Assembly: GCA_035438625.1 (NCBI GenBank) | Contig: DAORIS010000002.1 | Coordinates: 34,832-98,831, forward strand | Length of the DNA stretch: 64,000 nucleotides | DNA from: Minisyncoccota bacterium | Lineage (GTDB): Bacteria; Patescibacteriota; Minisyncoccia; Phycocordibacterales; DAORIS01 | Direction of reading: 5' to 3' | In this document: positions 8,391-18,007 of the stretch, one piece after another | Layout: the number at the start of each line of letters is the position of its first letter | Numbering within the stretch: the stretch's first letter is position 1 | Notes under the pieces: generated by a model | What the model was told of the DNA's origin: nothing | Databases searched by the model: none | What the model saw: only the letters and a program-made list of their open reading frames with translations | Translations under genes and position numbers: made by a program

Positions 8391-8927
8391 ATGGAATCAA
8401 AAAAATATGCATATCTTGGAGGTGGTTGTTTCTGGTGCACAGAGGCAGCATTTAAACTCGCAAAAGGGGTAATTTCTGTTATGCCTGGATACGCTGGTGG
8501 AACCGTTCCAAACCCTTCGTACGATGACGTGTGCGATGGAAATACTGGTCACGCTGAGATTATTAAAATCGAATACGATCCTTCGATAATTTCATTCAAG
8601 AATCTATTAAAGATATTTTTTGTTTCTCACGATCCCACAACACTCAATAGACAAGGAAATGATGTTGGTACTCAGTATCGATCTGTAATTTTCTACACAA
8701 ACGAAGAAGAAAAGAAAATTGCAGAGGAAACAATTTCTGATATTAACCAATCTGCAAAGCCAGGAGACCCAGTAGTTACTGAAGTCTCTCCTCTTACCGA
8801 ATTCTACCCAGCAGAAAATTATCATCATAATTATTACGCTAACCACAAAGAAGCTGCGTACTGCCAATTTGTCATTAACCCTAAACTTAAGAAGGTGCAG
8901 CAAGAAGCAGCAGAACTACTGAAATAG
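8391..8927 (+). CDS. msrA: Peptide methionine-S-sulfoxide reductase
   Basis: GCFWC, GHAE, HDPT, RQGND, AENYH. Confidence 0.96.
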   Translation: MESKKYAYLGGGCFWCTEAAFKLAKGVISVMPGYAGGTVPNPSYDDVCDGNTGHAEIIKIEYDPSIISFKNLLKIFFVSHDPTTLNRQGNDVGTQYRSVIFYTNEEEKKIAEETISDINQSAKPGDPVVTEVSPLTEFYPAENYHHNYYANHKEAAYCQFVINPKLKKVQQEAAELLK

Positions 8928-8942
8928 GCATATACTATATAT

Positions 8943-9341
8943 ATGAGTGATCAAACCCCTCCTTCAGAAGAAGAATTAAAGAAAATGCTCACACCAGAGC
9001 AATATAAAGTACTTAGAGAAAAAGGGACTGAAATGCCTTTCTCTGGTAAATTCTTACAAGAAAAAAGGAGTGGATCATATAAGTGTGTAGTGTGTGGCAA
9101 CCCTCTCTTTGCATCAGACGCAAAATTTGACTCTGGTACTGGCTGGCCAAGTTTTGACCAAGCACTACTTGGATCCGTAAAACTTGAACGAGATGCAACG
9201 CACGGCATGGAGCGCACAGAAGTTACATGCGCACAATGCGGATCCCACCTTGGACACGTTTTTGATGATGGACCAGAAGCCACGACCGGAAAACGCTACT
9301 GCATGAACTCTGTATGTCTGGATTTCGAAGAAAAGAATTGA
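8943..9341 (+). CDS. msrB: Peptide methionine-R-sulfoxide reductase
   Basis: GTE, CVVC/CAQC zinc pairs, GWPSF, HLGHVF, RYCMNS. Confidence 0.97.
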   Translation: MSDQTPPSEEELKKMLTPEQYKVLREKGTEMPFSGKFLQEKRSGSYKCVVCGNPLFASDAKFDSGTGWPSFDQALLGSVKLERDATHGMERTEVTCAQCGSHLGHVFDDGPEATTGKRYCMNSVCLDFEEKN

Positions 9342-9384
9342 TAGTCTATTCCTCGCGGGAGATTAGCTGTTTTGGTAGTTGTTT

Positions 9385-9457
9385 GGGCGATTAGCTCAGT
9401 TGGTAGAGCATCTCATTGACGTTGAGAGGGTCAGAGGTTCGAGTCCTCTATCGCCCA
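9385..9457 (+). tRNA. tRNA-Val(GAC)
   Basis: Acceptor gggcgat/atcgccc, anticodon arm tctca-ttGACgt-tgaga, GGTTCGAGTCC. Confidence 0.95.
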
Positions 9458-9464
9458 CCCTGTA

Positions 9465-9492
9465 TAAAACCGGCTACACTAAGCCGGTTTTA
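9465..9492. terminator. Intrinsic terminator after tRNA-Val
   Basis: taaaaccggct-acacta-agccggtttta. Confidence 0.75.
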
Positions 9493-9585
9493 CTATTCTC
9501 AGCATTACTGGTTTTTTGACCAAAAACATGTAGTATTCGAGGCGGACGTTTCTTACACAACAATTTCTTCTTTAAAGGAGCCACC

Positions 9586-10500
9586 ATGGCTGCTAGGAAC
9601 AAAATTGAGACAGTCGACGAGTACGGAATCTGGCGCCCTGGCTGCTTTACAGCCAAAGGTATCTACTTCGGCGGAGCAACCAAACGCTTCTTCTCACAAC
9701 TCGACCCTCATGGTAATTCATGTACTCCGCAACGAATACGTGCCCTCATGCGGGAAAACTGCGGTGTCATTCCTTATTCATCAAGTGATCTGAAAGGATT
9801 TCTTCGGGAATTTACATACAAGTTGAGGGGTGATGCAAGCGCAGCTCACAGCTATGTAAAAACGGAACTAAAACATACGTCACACTCACTGATACTTGAT
9901 GAACGGTATTTCAAGCTAAGAACAAGTGATCAGTGTCAAAAATCAAAAGCAAAAGACGCGCTTCTAACCCGACTTTCAGGTGTTGCAATGATCATTAGCG
10001 CATCAGATTGCACACCAGTTGCCATATACGATCCAGTACATCACGTTGCAGCTTTGGTGCACTCCGGGCGGACAGGCACCGCAAAGCGCATTGCAGCAAG
10101 AGTCATTCGTCTCATGGAGGACAACTTCAACACAAGTCCCGCTGATGTAGTTGTCTCCATCGGACCGTCAGTATCACATAGTGCGTACGATTTTTTAACC
10201 AAAACATACCGGGAGTTTGTAATCGAGAACCATTATACCGACAACGATCTTGGACGCTTCAGAATTAATCGGGGTAACGGATCGTATGGACTCGACATTC
10301 CAGCAGCAATCCGGTTCCAACTAGAACAAATCGGTGTTCAACCTGAAAAAATTTACCGGTCAGACCTTACAACGACCGAAAACACCGATTTGTTTTGCTC
10401 AGCATCTGCAGCACCGGGTAATAACCCTGAAGAGCGTGTCGCAAACAGCGGAAGTAACGTGTACATGCTCATTCTTGAAGACCCACTCACTGACTTATAA
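9586..10500 (+). CDS. Divergent YfiH/PgeF (Cu-oxidase_4) family protein
   Basis: DALLT, SDCTPV, HSGRTG, SIGPSV, LDIP motifs. SD aaggag. Confidence 0.75.
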   Translation: MAARNKIETVDEYGIWRPGCFTAKGIYFGGATKRFFSQLDPHGNSCTPQRIRALMRENCGVIPYSSSDLKGFLREFTYKLRGDASAAHSYVKTELKHTSHSLILDERYFKLRTSDQCQKSKAKDALLTRLSGVAMIISASDCTPVAIYDPVHHVAALVHSGRTGTAKRIAARVIRLMEDNFNTSPADVVVSIGPSVSHSAYDFLTKTYREFVIENHYTDNDLGRFRINRGNGSYGLDIPAAIRFQLEQIGVQPEKIYRSDLTTTENTDLFCSASAAPGNNPEERVANSGSNVYMLILEDPLTDL

Positions 10501-10515
10501 AGAAACAGCTTAATT

Positions 10516-10545
10516 GCCTGTCCATCCTACGGACAGGCTTTTTTT
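10516..10545 (+). terminator. Intrinsic terminator
   Basis: gcctgtcc-atcctac-ggacaggc plus T7. Confidence 0.8.
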
Positions 10546-10574
10546 ATACCTATATATGCGGTAGCCTGTTGTAT

Positions 10575-11762
10575 ATGCGCATACTTGCCATTGAAACGAG
10601 CTGTGACGAGACAGCTACAGCAATAGTTCATGGAACAGGGTCAATTGAAAACCCTGTTTTTTCACTTATCTCCCAAGAGGTTTTTTCTCAAGCTGATCTT
10701 CATACGCTCTATGGTGGCGTACTTCCAAATCTTGCACGTCGTGAACATGGACAAAAAATAATTCCGCTTGTGACTACTACAATTGAAAAAGTAAAAAGCA
10801 CTCCAATTGAATCGACAGAAATAACCCTAGAACACATCAAACATATTCTTCTTCGAGAACCAGAGGTGTATGACGCAATAATTTCAAACGGATTATATTT
10901 ACTCAAACCCGAGATTGACGCAATTGCTGTAACTCAAGGACCAGGACTTGAGCCGGCACTGTGGGTTGGAATTAATACTGCACGAGCTCTAGCGCTTCTT
11001 TGGAATATTCCTCTTATCCCAACTAACCATATGGAGGGTCACATCATTTCACCTCTCCTTAAGGCTCCTGGAAGCCCAGAAGTGCAATCTGTGGCATTTC
11101 CTGCAATTGCACTACTTATTAGTGGTGGTCACACCGAGTTAGTACTCACTCCATCGTGGGGACTGTACACCACCATTGGTCGCACGCGTGACGACGCGCT
11201 TGGAGAGGCGTTTGATAAAGTTGCACGTTTACTGTCACTTCCATATCCAGGCGGAGCACTTGTGAGCAAACTTGCAAAAGAAGCACGCAGCGAAGGAGCA
11301 GTTCCGCAAGAACACGGAGTACACCTTCCCCGCCCAATGATTCACAGCAAAGATTTTGATTTTTCATTTTCTGGAATTAAAACAGCTGTTTTATATTTAA
11401 TCCGCGACTTAACAAAAACCGGAGAATTAACTGACACCCAAAAGAAAGCAATCGCATGTGAATTTGAAAACGCTGTTTCCGAAGTTATTACTTCAAAAAC
11501 AAAAGCTGCGTGCATTGCACACAGCGCAAAATCACTCATCGTTGGTGGTGGTGTCATTGCAAACGATGTAATTCGAGAACGCCTTGAAACACTCGGTACC
11601 GAGCTTGGCATTACAGTACTCCTTCCAACGAGAGATCTATCAACAGATAACGCACCAATGATTGCTATGGCAGGATATATTCGCGCACTCGAAGATCGAA
11701 TAATTACTCCTAATGCAATCCTTGAAACCGTAGTTAAGGCAGAGGGAAATCTCTCCTATTAG
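10575..11762 (+). CDS. tsaD: tRNA t6A threonylcarbamoyltransferase TsaD
   Basis: LAIETSCDET, GPGL, NHMEGH, SGGHT, DDALGEAFDK, FSFSG, TDNAPMI. Confidence 0.96.
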   Translation: MRILAIETSCDETATAIVHGTGSIENPVFSLISQEVFSQADLHTLYGGVLPNLARREHGQKIIPLVTTTIEKVKSTPIESTEITLEHIKHILLREPEVYDAIISNGLYLLKPEIDAIAVTQGPGLEPALWVGINTARALALLWNIPLIPTNHMEGHIISPLLKAPGSPEVQSVAFPAIALLISGGHTELVLTPSWGLYTTIGRTRDDALGEAFDKVARLLSLPYPGGALVSKLAKEARSEGAVPQEHGVHLPRPMIHSKDFDFSFSGIKTAVLYLIRDLTKTGELTDTQKKAIACEFENAVSEVITSKTKAACIAHSAKSLIVGGGVIANDVIRERLETLGTELGITVLLPTRDLSTDNAPMIAMAGYIRALEDRIITPNAILETVVKAEGNLSY

Positions 11763-11783
11763 ATGCTAATATCTACACATCCT

Positions 11784-13922
11784 ATGAACGAAAAATTCAC
11801 CAAACCATACGACCCGCAAGGAACAGAGTCACGTATTTACGAGATCTGGGAAAAATCAGAATATTTTAATCCTGACAATCTTCCAGAGCGTCACAAGACA
11901 CCATTTACCATCGTCATGCCTCCACCAAACGCAAACGGTGACTTGCACGTTGGGCACTCTCTCTTCATCACACTTGAAGATGTAATAACTCGTTACAAGC
12001 GAATGAAAGGGTTTAAAGCACTATGGATCCCTGGAGCTGACCACGCTGGGTTTGAGACACAGATTGTGTACGAAAAGAAACTAGAGAAGGAGGGGCGTTC
12101 ACGCTTTAAGATGGATTCACAAGATCTCTATAAAGAAATCTATGATTTCACTATTGAGAATAAAGCGAAGATGGAAAACCAGGTTCGTCAGATGGGAGCA
12201 TCGTGTGACTGGTCTCGAGAAAAATTTACACTTGATCCCGACGTAGTTGAAACCGTGCAGCAAACATTTAAGAAAATGTATGACGACGGATTGGTGTACC
12301 GCGGAAACCGCATTGTGAATTGGTGTTCAAAACACCAAACTTCCCTTTCTGACGTTGAAACAGAAAGCAAACCATTCACCGATCCCTTTTATTACTTCAA
12401 ATATGGACCTTTCACTATCGGTACCGCTCGCCCAGAAACAAAGTTTGGAGATAAATATGTAGTGATGCATCCAGATGATAAGCGATATATAGAGTACAAA
12501 CACGGAGATACGTTTGAAACTGAATGGATCAACGGGCCAATCACTGCAACCATCATTAAGGATGAGGCAATAGATATGGAATTTGGTACTGGTGTCATGA
12601 CTATTACCCCATGGCACAGTCAGATCGACTTTGAAATCGCCCAGCGACACAACCTTGATGTAGAACAAATTATCGACCTTCGCGGAAAACTACTTCCAAT
12701 TGCTGGGGAATTTGCTGGTATGAAAATTGCAGAAGCTCGACCAAAGATTGTTGATAAACTTGATAAAAAAGGGCTATTGGTAAAAATAGATGAGAAATAC
12801 GATCACAACGTCCCTTGTTGTTATAAGTGCAACACGATCATTGAGCCACAAATCAAGGCACAATGGTATGTAAAGATGAAGCCACTCGCTGAAACGGCAC
12901 TTAAGGCTGTTGAAGATGGAAAGATCTCCTTCTATCCTGATAACTATCGAAAAATATTTAACTACTGGATGTCGAACACGCTTGACTGGAACATCTCCCG
13001 ACAAATTGTCTGGGGCATTAAGATTCCTGCCAAAATCTGTACTAAGTGTGGACACGGTGTGCCTGACACAGAAAACAAAATCTCTGTATGTGAAAAGTGT
13101 GAAAGCGAGATGGTACAAGACACAGATACCTTTGATACATGGTTTTCTTCTGGCCAGTGGCCATTGATTGTCACTGGATACCCAGATGGAAAGGACTTCA
13201 AGGAATTCTATCCAACCGATGTCATGGAGACAGGATACGACCTCATATTTAAATGGATTCCTCGTATGGTCATCTTTGGCCTCTACGTAGCAAAAGAAGT
13301 TCCGTTTAAACACGTATACCTACATGGTCTTGTAAATGATGCTCAAGGAAAAAAGATGAGTAAGAGTAAAGGAAATGTGATCAACCCCCTTGATATGACT
13401 TCTAAATACGGAACAGACGCGCTCCGTATGGCACTTGTGGTTGGTAACCCACCAGGAAGTGACACCGCTCTATCCGAAAGCAAAATCAAAGGATACAAGA
13501 ACTTTGCCAATAAATTGTGGAACATTTCCCGATTCGTATTTTCAAATACCGAAGGACTATCATTAAAAACAAACACACAATACGCTGAAGCAGATGCTGT
13601 ATTACTCAAAGAACTCACTGATGTAGTTACCGACATAACTTCTGACTTCGAAGAATATAGATATCACCTTGCTGCAGAAAAAATATACCACTATGTCTGG
13701 CACCGATTTGCTGATGAAATCCTTGAACAAAGTAAACCAATCATTGCAGGTGAAGATATATCACTAAAAACTTCAAGACAACAAACCTTGCTGTATATTC
13801 TCCACCAGTCAATTACTGTTCTCCATCCATTCATGCCATTTATCACTGAAGAAATCTGGGCACATTTCCCAAAAGAAAAAGAAGGAGACTTACTCATGGT
13901 GAGTGAGTGGGCAAAAAAGTAA
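11784..13922 (+). CDS. valS: Valyl-tRNA synthetase (short form lacking C-terminal coiled coil)
   Basis: PPPNANGDLHVGH, DWNISRQ, DTWFSS, KMSKSKGN, YGTDALR. Confidence 0.96.
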   Translation: MNEKFTKPYDPQGTESRIYEIWEKSEYFNPDNLPERHKTPFTIVMPPPNANGDLHVGHSLFITLEDVITRYKRMKGFKALWIPGADHAGFETQIVYEKKLEKEGRSRFKMDSQDLYKEIYDFTIENKAKMENQVRQMGASCDWSREKFTLDPDVVETVQQTFKKMYDDGLVYRGNRIVNWCSKHQTSLSDVETESKPFTDPFYYFKYGPFTIGTARPETKFGDKYVVMHPDDKRYIEYKHGDTFETEWINGPITATIIKDEAIDMEFGTGVMTITPWHSQIDFEIAQRHNLDVEQIIDLRGKLLPIAGEFAGMKIAEARPKIVDKLDKKGLLVKIDEKYDHNVPCCYKCNTIIEPQIKAQWYVKMKPLAETALKAVEDGKISFYPDNYRKIFNYWMSNTLDWNISRQIVWGIKIPAKICTKCGHGVPDTENKISVCEKCESEMVQDTDTFDTWFSSGQWPLIVTGYPDGKDFKEFYPTDVMETGYDLIFKWIPRMVIFGLYVAKEVPFKHVYLHGLVNDAQGKKMSKSKGNVINPLDMTSKYGTDALRMALVVGNPPGSDTALSESKIKGYKNFANKLWNISRFVFSNTEGLSLKTNTQYAEADAVLLKELTDVVTDITSDFEEYRYHLAAEKIYHYVWHRFADEILEQSKPIIAGEDISLKTSRQQTLLYILHQSITVLHPFMPFITEEIWAHFPKEKEGDLLMVSEWAKK

Positions 13923-13973
13923 CAGTGTTTATAAAAAACATATAAAGGTATGCGATAATACTACGCATATCGT

Positions 13974-14672
13974 ATGGATGTACTGTTTACGTTAACACTA
14001 ATATTCGCTGCTGGATTTATTCCCGCGCTCTTGTGGTTGTGGCTTGTATTATCTGAAGATCGAGCTAACCCGGAACCTAGAAAGCGACTAGTTATTTCTT
14101 TTCTTGCTGGAGCTATAGCAGTACTCGTAGTACTACCATTCCAGGAATATATTTTTAACTCTCCTGTTTCTTTTGCAGTCATGATTCTACTCTGGGCACT
14201 TGCAGAAGAAGTGCTTAAGTTCGGTTTTTCTGCAGTGTTTGCACTTCACACTAAAGACGCTGATGAGCCTATTGATGAGATTATCTATCTTGCAGCAACA
14301 GCACTTGGATTTGCGGCATTTGAAAACATGTTATTTCTCTGGGAACCACTCATGACTGGAAACTTATCTCAAGGAGTAGTCATCGCCCACATGCGATTTG
14401 TTGGCTCAACACTCGTTCACCTCGTTTCATCAATTATCATTGGTACATTCCTTGCTGAAACATTCTTCAGTAGTCGTTTAAAAAAGATTTCAATGGTTAT
14501 CATTGGTCTCTTTATCGCAACCCTCTTCCATGCGTCGTACAACCTCTTGATTATGGACGCATCAAATTCATCAGTGCTTCCAACATTCATGGCGCTGTGG
14601 ATTACTGCCCTTTCTGTACTTTCATATGCACACCATCTTAAGAAACGGTATATAATCAAGATATCAGCATAA
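13974..14672 (+). CDS. PrsW-family intramembrane metalloprotease
   Basis: PEP, EEVLK, LGFAAFEN, H and HASYN motifs in a multi-TM protein. Confidence 0.88.
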   Translation: MDVLFTLTLIFAAGFIPALLWLWLVLSEDRANPEPRKRLVISFLAGAIAVLVVLPFQEYIFNSPVSFAVMILLWALAEEVLKFGFSAVFALHTKDADEPIDEIIYLAATALGFAAFENMLFLWEPLMTGNLSQGVVIAHMRFVGSTLVHLVSSIIIGTFLAETFFSSRLKKISMVIIGLFIATLFHASYNLLIMDASNSSVLPTFMALWITALSVLSYAHHLKKRYIIKISA

Positions 14673-14682
14673 ATCGTCATAT

Positions 14683-15186
14683 ATGAGCAAAGAAAAAAAA
14701 TCATTCTTCGAACGTCTAACAGGTGCCATGCGCATGGACGATGAAATGCCAGAACATGGCCAATCTCACGCACCCATCCTAAATTCACACCCACAAATAC
14801 GGTCAAACACTCCGTCATCTGTCATAACTCCATCACCATCGTGGGGAGAAGAAGCTGAAGGCCAGTTAACTGTAGATGTATACCAGACGCCGGACGATAT
14901 TATTATTAAGACAATGGTCGCAGGTGTTAAGCCTGAAGACCTTGATGTAAACATTGCTCGTGACATGGTCACTATTAAAGGCTCGAGGGAGCACCTTCCA
15001 GAAGAATCAGCTGATTTCTTCCACCAGGAACTCTATTGGGGATCATTCTCACGAACTATCATGCTTCCTGAAGAAGTTGATATTGAAGGAGTGGAGGCAA
15101 ATGAGAAATACGGACTTCTTACAATCCGATTGCCGAAGATAGACAAACATAGGCAAACCAAGGTTCGAGTCAAAAGCCAGATGTAA
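14683..15186 (+). CDS. Hsp20/alpha-crystallin small heat-shock protein
   Basis: VDVYQT, GSFSRTIMLP, GLLTIRLPK. Confidence 0.92.
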   Translation: MSKEKKSFFERLTGAMRMDDEMPEHGQSHAPILNSHPQIRSNTPSSVITPSPSWGEEAEGQLTVDVYQTPDDIIIKTMVAGVKPEDLDVNIARDMVTIKGSREHLPEESADFFHQELYWGSFSRTIMLPEEVDIEGVEANEKYGLLTIRLPKIDKHRQTKVRVKSQM

Positions 15187-15187
15187 C

Positions 15188-15213
15188 AAAAAATCCCCTC
15201 ATGGGGATTTTTT
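15188..15213. terminator. Bidirectional terminator between hsp20 and tRNA-Phe
   Basis: aaaaaatcccc-tcat-ggggatttttt. Confidence 0.8.
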
Positions 15214-15215
15214 CA

Positions 15216-15291
15216 TGGTGCCGAGGACCGGGCTTGAACCGGTGACCCCACGCTCTTCAGGCGTATGCTCTACCAACTGAGCTACCTCGGC
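15216..15291 (-). tRNA. tRNA-Phe(GAA)
   Basis: Acceptor gccgagg/cctcggc, anticodon loop ctGAAga, encoded CCA. Confidence 0.96.
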
Positions 15292-15334
15292 ATAAACTGT
15301 TGCAACCTCACCATTCTAAGCGATTTTGGGGCTT

Positions 15335-15676
15335 TTACAAGCTCTCACCTCCTGTTCCAGTCTTTGGAGCTTCCCCTGAACCATTTATCTGGTATGACTC
15401 CTGTAGGCGTTCTAACTGGGTACTAAAGCCCTCTAGAATGGTTGAATCACGTCCCGAAACGGTTTCATAGACACTAGTCACCGCCTGCAAGTACGGCTGA
15501 ATGAAGTAGAAGGCACCGAGCGCAAGACCGATAATCACAATCCAGTAAATTACCCTGTAAATCCTTCCCCATTTCTGGGCTCGATACATCGATCGAACCA
15601 TGCGGGTGTTTTCACCCAACTCTTGTTCAAGATGAGCAATACGCTCTTCGAGCTTTCCTACATTATTCTCTTCCAT
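15335..15676 (-). CDS. Hypothetical single-pass membrane protein
   Basis: Coiled-coil N-terminus, one TM segment, TATACT upstream. Confidence 0.7.
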   Translation of the reverse strand: MEENNVGKLEERIAHLEQELGENTRMVRSMYRAQKWGRIYRVIYWIVIIGLALGAFYFIQPYLQAVTSVYETVSGRDSTILEGFSTQLERLQESYQINGSGEAPKTGTGGESL

Positions 15677-15716
15677 TAGGGACTAGTATATCATCCGCTA
15701 TACTATAGATATTCAC

Positions 15717-16556
15717 ATGAAATATATTCCAAGAAAAAGAACTGTATTTATTGCACTCACACTGATTATTTGTATCGCGTTACTTTCATGGATATCTATC
15801 CGACCATCGAATGAGCGAGTATGGGCAACTGACCAAGCAGTACTTCCACATGCAGAAATCAATGGAGAACAAATCACGATACGTAATATCCGTAACTTTA
15901 CATACACATCAACCACAAATTACACCCCATCGTATTACGACAAAACATTTGATCTTTCAAAGATACGTTCCGTTGATTACATTGTTGAACCGTTCTCAGA
16001 CTGGGAAGGGTCAGCTCATACATTCCTTACATTCGGCTTTGGAGAAAGTGAGAGTACAGCTGAGTACGTCTCAATATCAGTTGAGATTCGAAAGGAGCAA
16101 GGTGAGTCATTCTCAGCCCTTAAGGGACTCTTAAAACAGTATGAACTGATGTATGTAATCGCTGATGAGCGCGATGTCATTAAACTTCGCACCAATTACC
16201 GAAAAGACGAGGTATTTCTTTATCCAGTCAAAGCTGATAAGCCTGGAATGCAACAGTTATTTCTCAGTATGATTGAACGGGCAAATAAGTTGTACAGAGA
16301 GCCTGAGTTTTATAACACCTTAACAAATACTTGCACGACAAATATCGTGAAGCATGTAAACGAGATAGTTACGGAGCGAAAGGTTCCACTTAGCTACAAA
16401 GTGTTGTTTCCAGGATACTCTGACCAACTTGCATACGACTTAGGGCTTATCGACACAGCCCTTCCTTTTGAAGAAATGAGGGCAACATACAAGATCAACG
16501 AAAAAGCTGAAACGTTTGCAGACGATCCTGAATTTTCTGTAAAAATACGACGATAA
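15717..16556 (+). CDS. DUF4105 (Lnb N-terminal-like) protein
   Basis: N-terminal anchor, IRNF, AHTFLTFGF, SVEIRKE, FYNTLTNTCTTN. Confidence 0.8.
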   Translation: MKYIPRKRTVFIALTLIICIALLSWISIRPSNERVWATDQAVLPHAEINGEQITIRNIRNFTYTSTTNYTPSYYDKTFDLSKIRSVDYIVEPFSDWEGSAHTFLTFGFGESESTAEYVSISVEIRKEQGESFSALKGLLKQYELMYVIADERDVIKLRTNYRKDEVFLYPVKADKPGMQQLFLSMIERANKLYREPEFYNTLTNTCTTNIVKHVNEIVTERKVPLSYKVLFPGYSDQLAYDLGLIDTALPFEEMRATYKINEKAETFADDPEFSVKIRR

Positions 16557-16564
16557 CTTAATTG

Positions 16565-16636
16565 TGCCACCGGCAGGAATTGAACCTGCATCTAGGGCTT
16601 AGGAGTCCCTTGTTCTATCCGTTGAACTACGGCAGC
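16565..16636 (-). tRNA. tRNA-Arg(CCT)
   Basis: Acceptor gctgccg/cggtggc, anticodon loop ctCCTaa, GGTTCAATTCC. Confidence 0.9.
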
Positions 16637-17263
16637 ATTGAAATACACACGGATCTCTTCTATCAAACACATGATCAGCTTAAAATACTGACCACTTTTC
16701 GCTATCCTAACACGACACATGCCATAAGGTAACTTACCTAACTTTTTACCCTCAATAATCTCTGTTTCGTAAACTTGTGATTTTTTGAGACTTAAATACG
16801 ATGTCCAGAATTCAATAGCATTATTTTTGTCTATATCAGAATACAACCTAAGTGATATTTTCACAGATTCAGACTTTACTCCAATTTCATATAAACATTC
16901 TAGAAAAACTTTGATTAAACCTGGATCAGAATTTATCAGATTCAATTCTTTTTTATTGCCCTCTCCCCAATATATAGAAGCAAGTAGTAATAACTTATGA
17001 TTTATCGATAAAGTATCCTTAAAAAGTAGTTTTGCCTTTTGATGAGCAATTTTCCAATTTTTTTCTGCTGTTCTTTTACTTCCACCTTGTTTTTTGCGAA
17101 GGATATCCACGAATTCAGCATTAACACTGATATTCTTTATATGATGGAATATAGTGGTTTTACTTCTCCTAAGTTCTTGTGAAATTTCAGAGATACTGTG
17201 ACCTGTTTCACGTAAAAAATGAATCCTTTGTATTTCAAGTGGATTAAGTGGCACACCTGCCAT
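16592..17263 (-). CDS. HTH + LAGLIDADG-like (YWGEG) protein overlapping tRNA-Arg; possible homing-endonuclease-derived element
   Basis: N-terminal HTH (GHSISEISQELRRSKTTI), LLASIYWGEG helix, NSDP, YGMCRVRI. AT-rich. The last 45 nt lie inside the tRNA. Confidence 0.7.
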   Translation of the reverse strand: MAGVPLNPLEIQRIHFLRETGHSISEISQELRRSKTTIFHHIKNISVNAEFVDILRKKQGGSKRTAEKNWKIAHQKAKLLFKDTLSINHKLLLLASIYWGEGNKKELNLINSDPGLIKVFLECLYEIGVKSESVKISLRLYSDIDKNNAIEFWTSYLSLKKSQVYETEIIEGKKLGKLPYGMCRVRIAKSGQYFKLIMCLIEEIRVYFNAAVVQRIEQGTPKP

Positions 17264-17268
17264 ACCAC

Positions 17269-17505
17269 CTATTTGATCTCCAGGAGTTCTTTGATATGTG
17301 CCTCGTCAAAACCAATGACAATGTCATCATCAATTGCAATCACAGGAACACCCATCTGTCCTGACTTTTCTACCATCTCCATCCTCTTTTCAAGGTCAGA
17401 GAGAACATTATGTTCAGTATATGGAATTTCGTTATCCTTAAAGAAGTGTTTTGCGTGTTCGCAGTGAATACAAGTTGGTGTTGAGTATATTGTTACGTTT
17501 TTCAT
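17269..17505 (-). CDS. Glutaredoxin/NrdH-redoxin
   Basis: IYSTPTCIHC, GQMGVPVI, GFD. Confidence 0.9.
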   Translation of the reverse strand: MKNVTIYSTPTCIHCEHAKHFFKDNEIPYTEHNVLSDLEKRMEMVEKSGQMGVPVIAIDDDIVIGFDEAHIKELLEIK

Positions 17506-17585
17506 AGGGCGTAAGTATACCATTTTTTATTTTCCTGGTCATTAAATCATTATCAAAAAAGCATAACGAATAAGTAAATATAAAG

Positions 17586-17659
17586 TGGTGCGGGATAGGA
17601 GAATCGAACTCCTGCCTCATGCTTGGGAAGCACGTGTCCTACCACTAAACAAATCCCGC
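17586..17659 (-). tRNA. tRNA-Gly(CCC)
   Basis: Acceptor gcgggat/atcccgc, anticodon loop ttCCCaa, encoded CCA. Confidence 0.95.
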
Positions 17660-17661
17660 AA

Positions 17662-17979
17662 TTATTCTTCGTCTTCTTGTTCAACAAAAATATATACCCC
17701 TTCTCCTTCTTTGCCAACTCCATATTTTTTACGCATTTCTATTTCTTTTCCAAGCGGAGTCTTAATTGCGGCAATGTTATCTTCCAATTGGATCTTTCGT
17801 GCCTGCATATCATTGAATGACTTCTCTGCTTGCTTTGCATATTTTGAGACCTCAGCATATGTAGTGTACATTCCCCACGCACCTTTAATAGCAAAAAAGG
17901 CAAGGATCGTAAAAGCCCCTGCTAGTCCATACCACATCGCTGCTTTGATAGCAGCCCTTGAAGCTCGGGGCTGTTTCAT
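17662..17979 (-). CDS. FtsB/DivIC-like septum formation initiator
   Basis: TM followed by coiled coil and E-x3-R-x-KYG-x2-K-EGE pattern. Confidence 0.6.
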   Translation of the reverse strand: MKQPRASRAAIKAAMWYGLAGAFTILAFFAIKGAWGMYTTYAEVSKYAKQAEKSFNDMQARKIQLEDNIAAIKTPLGKEIEMRKKYGVGKEGEGVYIFVEQEDEE

Positions 17980-18007
17980 ATAGTATATGATTATACATCA
18001 CACATAT

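Noticed and set aside
16565-17263. Group I intron-split tRNA
   Set aside because: tRNA-Arg is contiguous and complete, and no intron core or separate exon was seen around the ORF.
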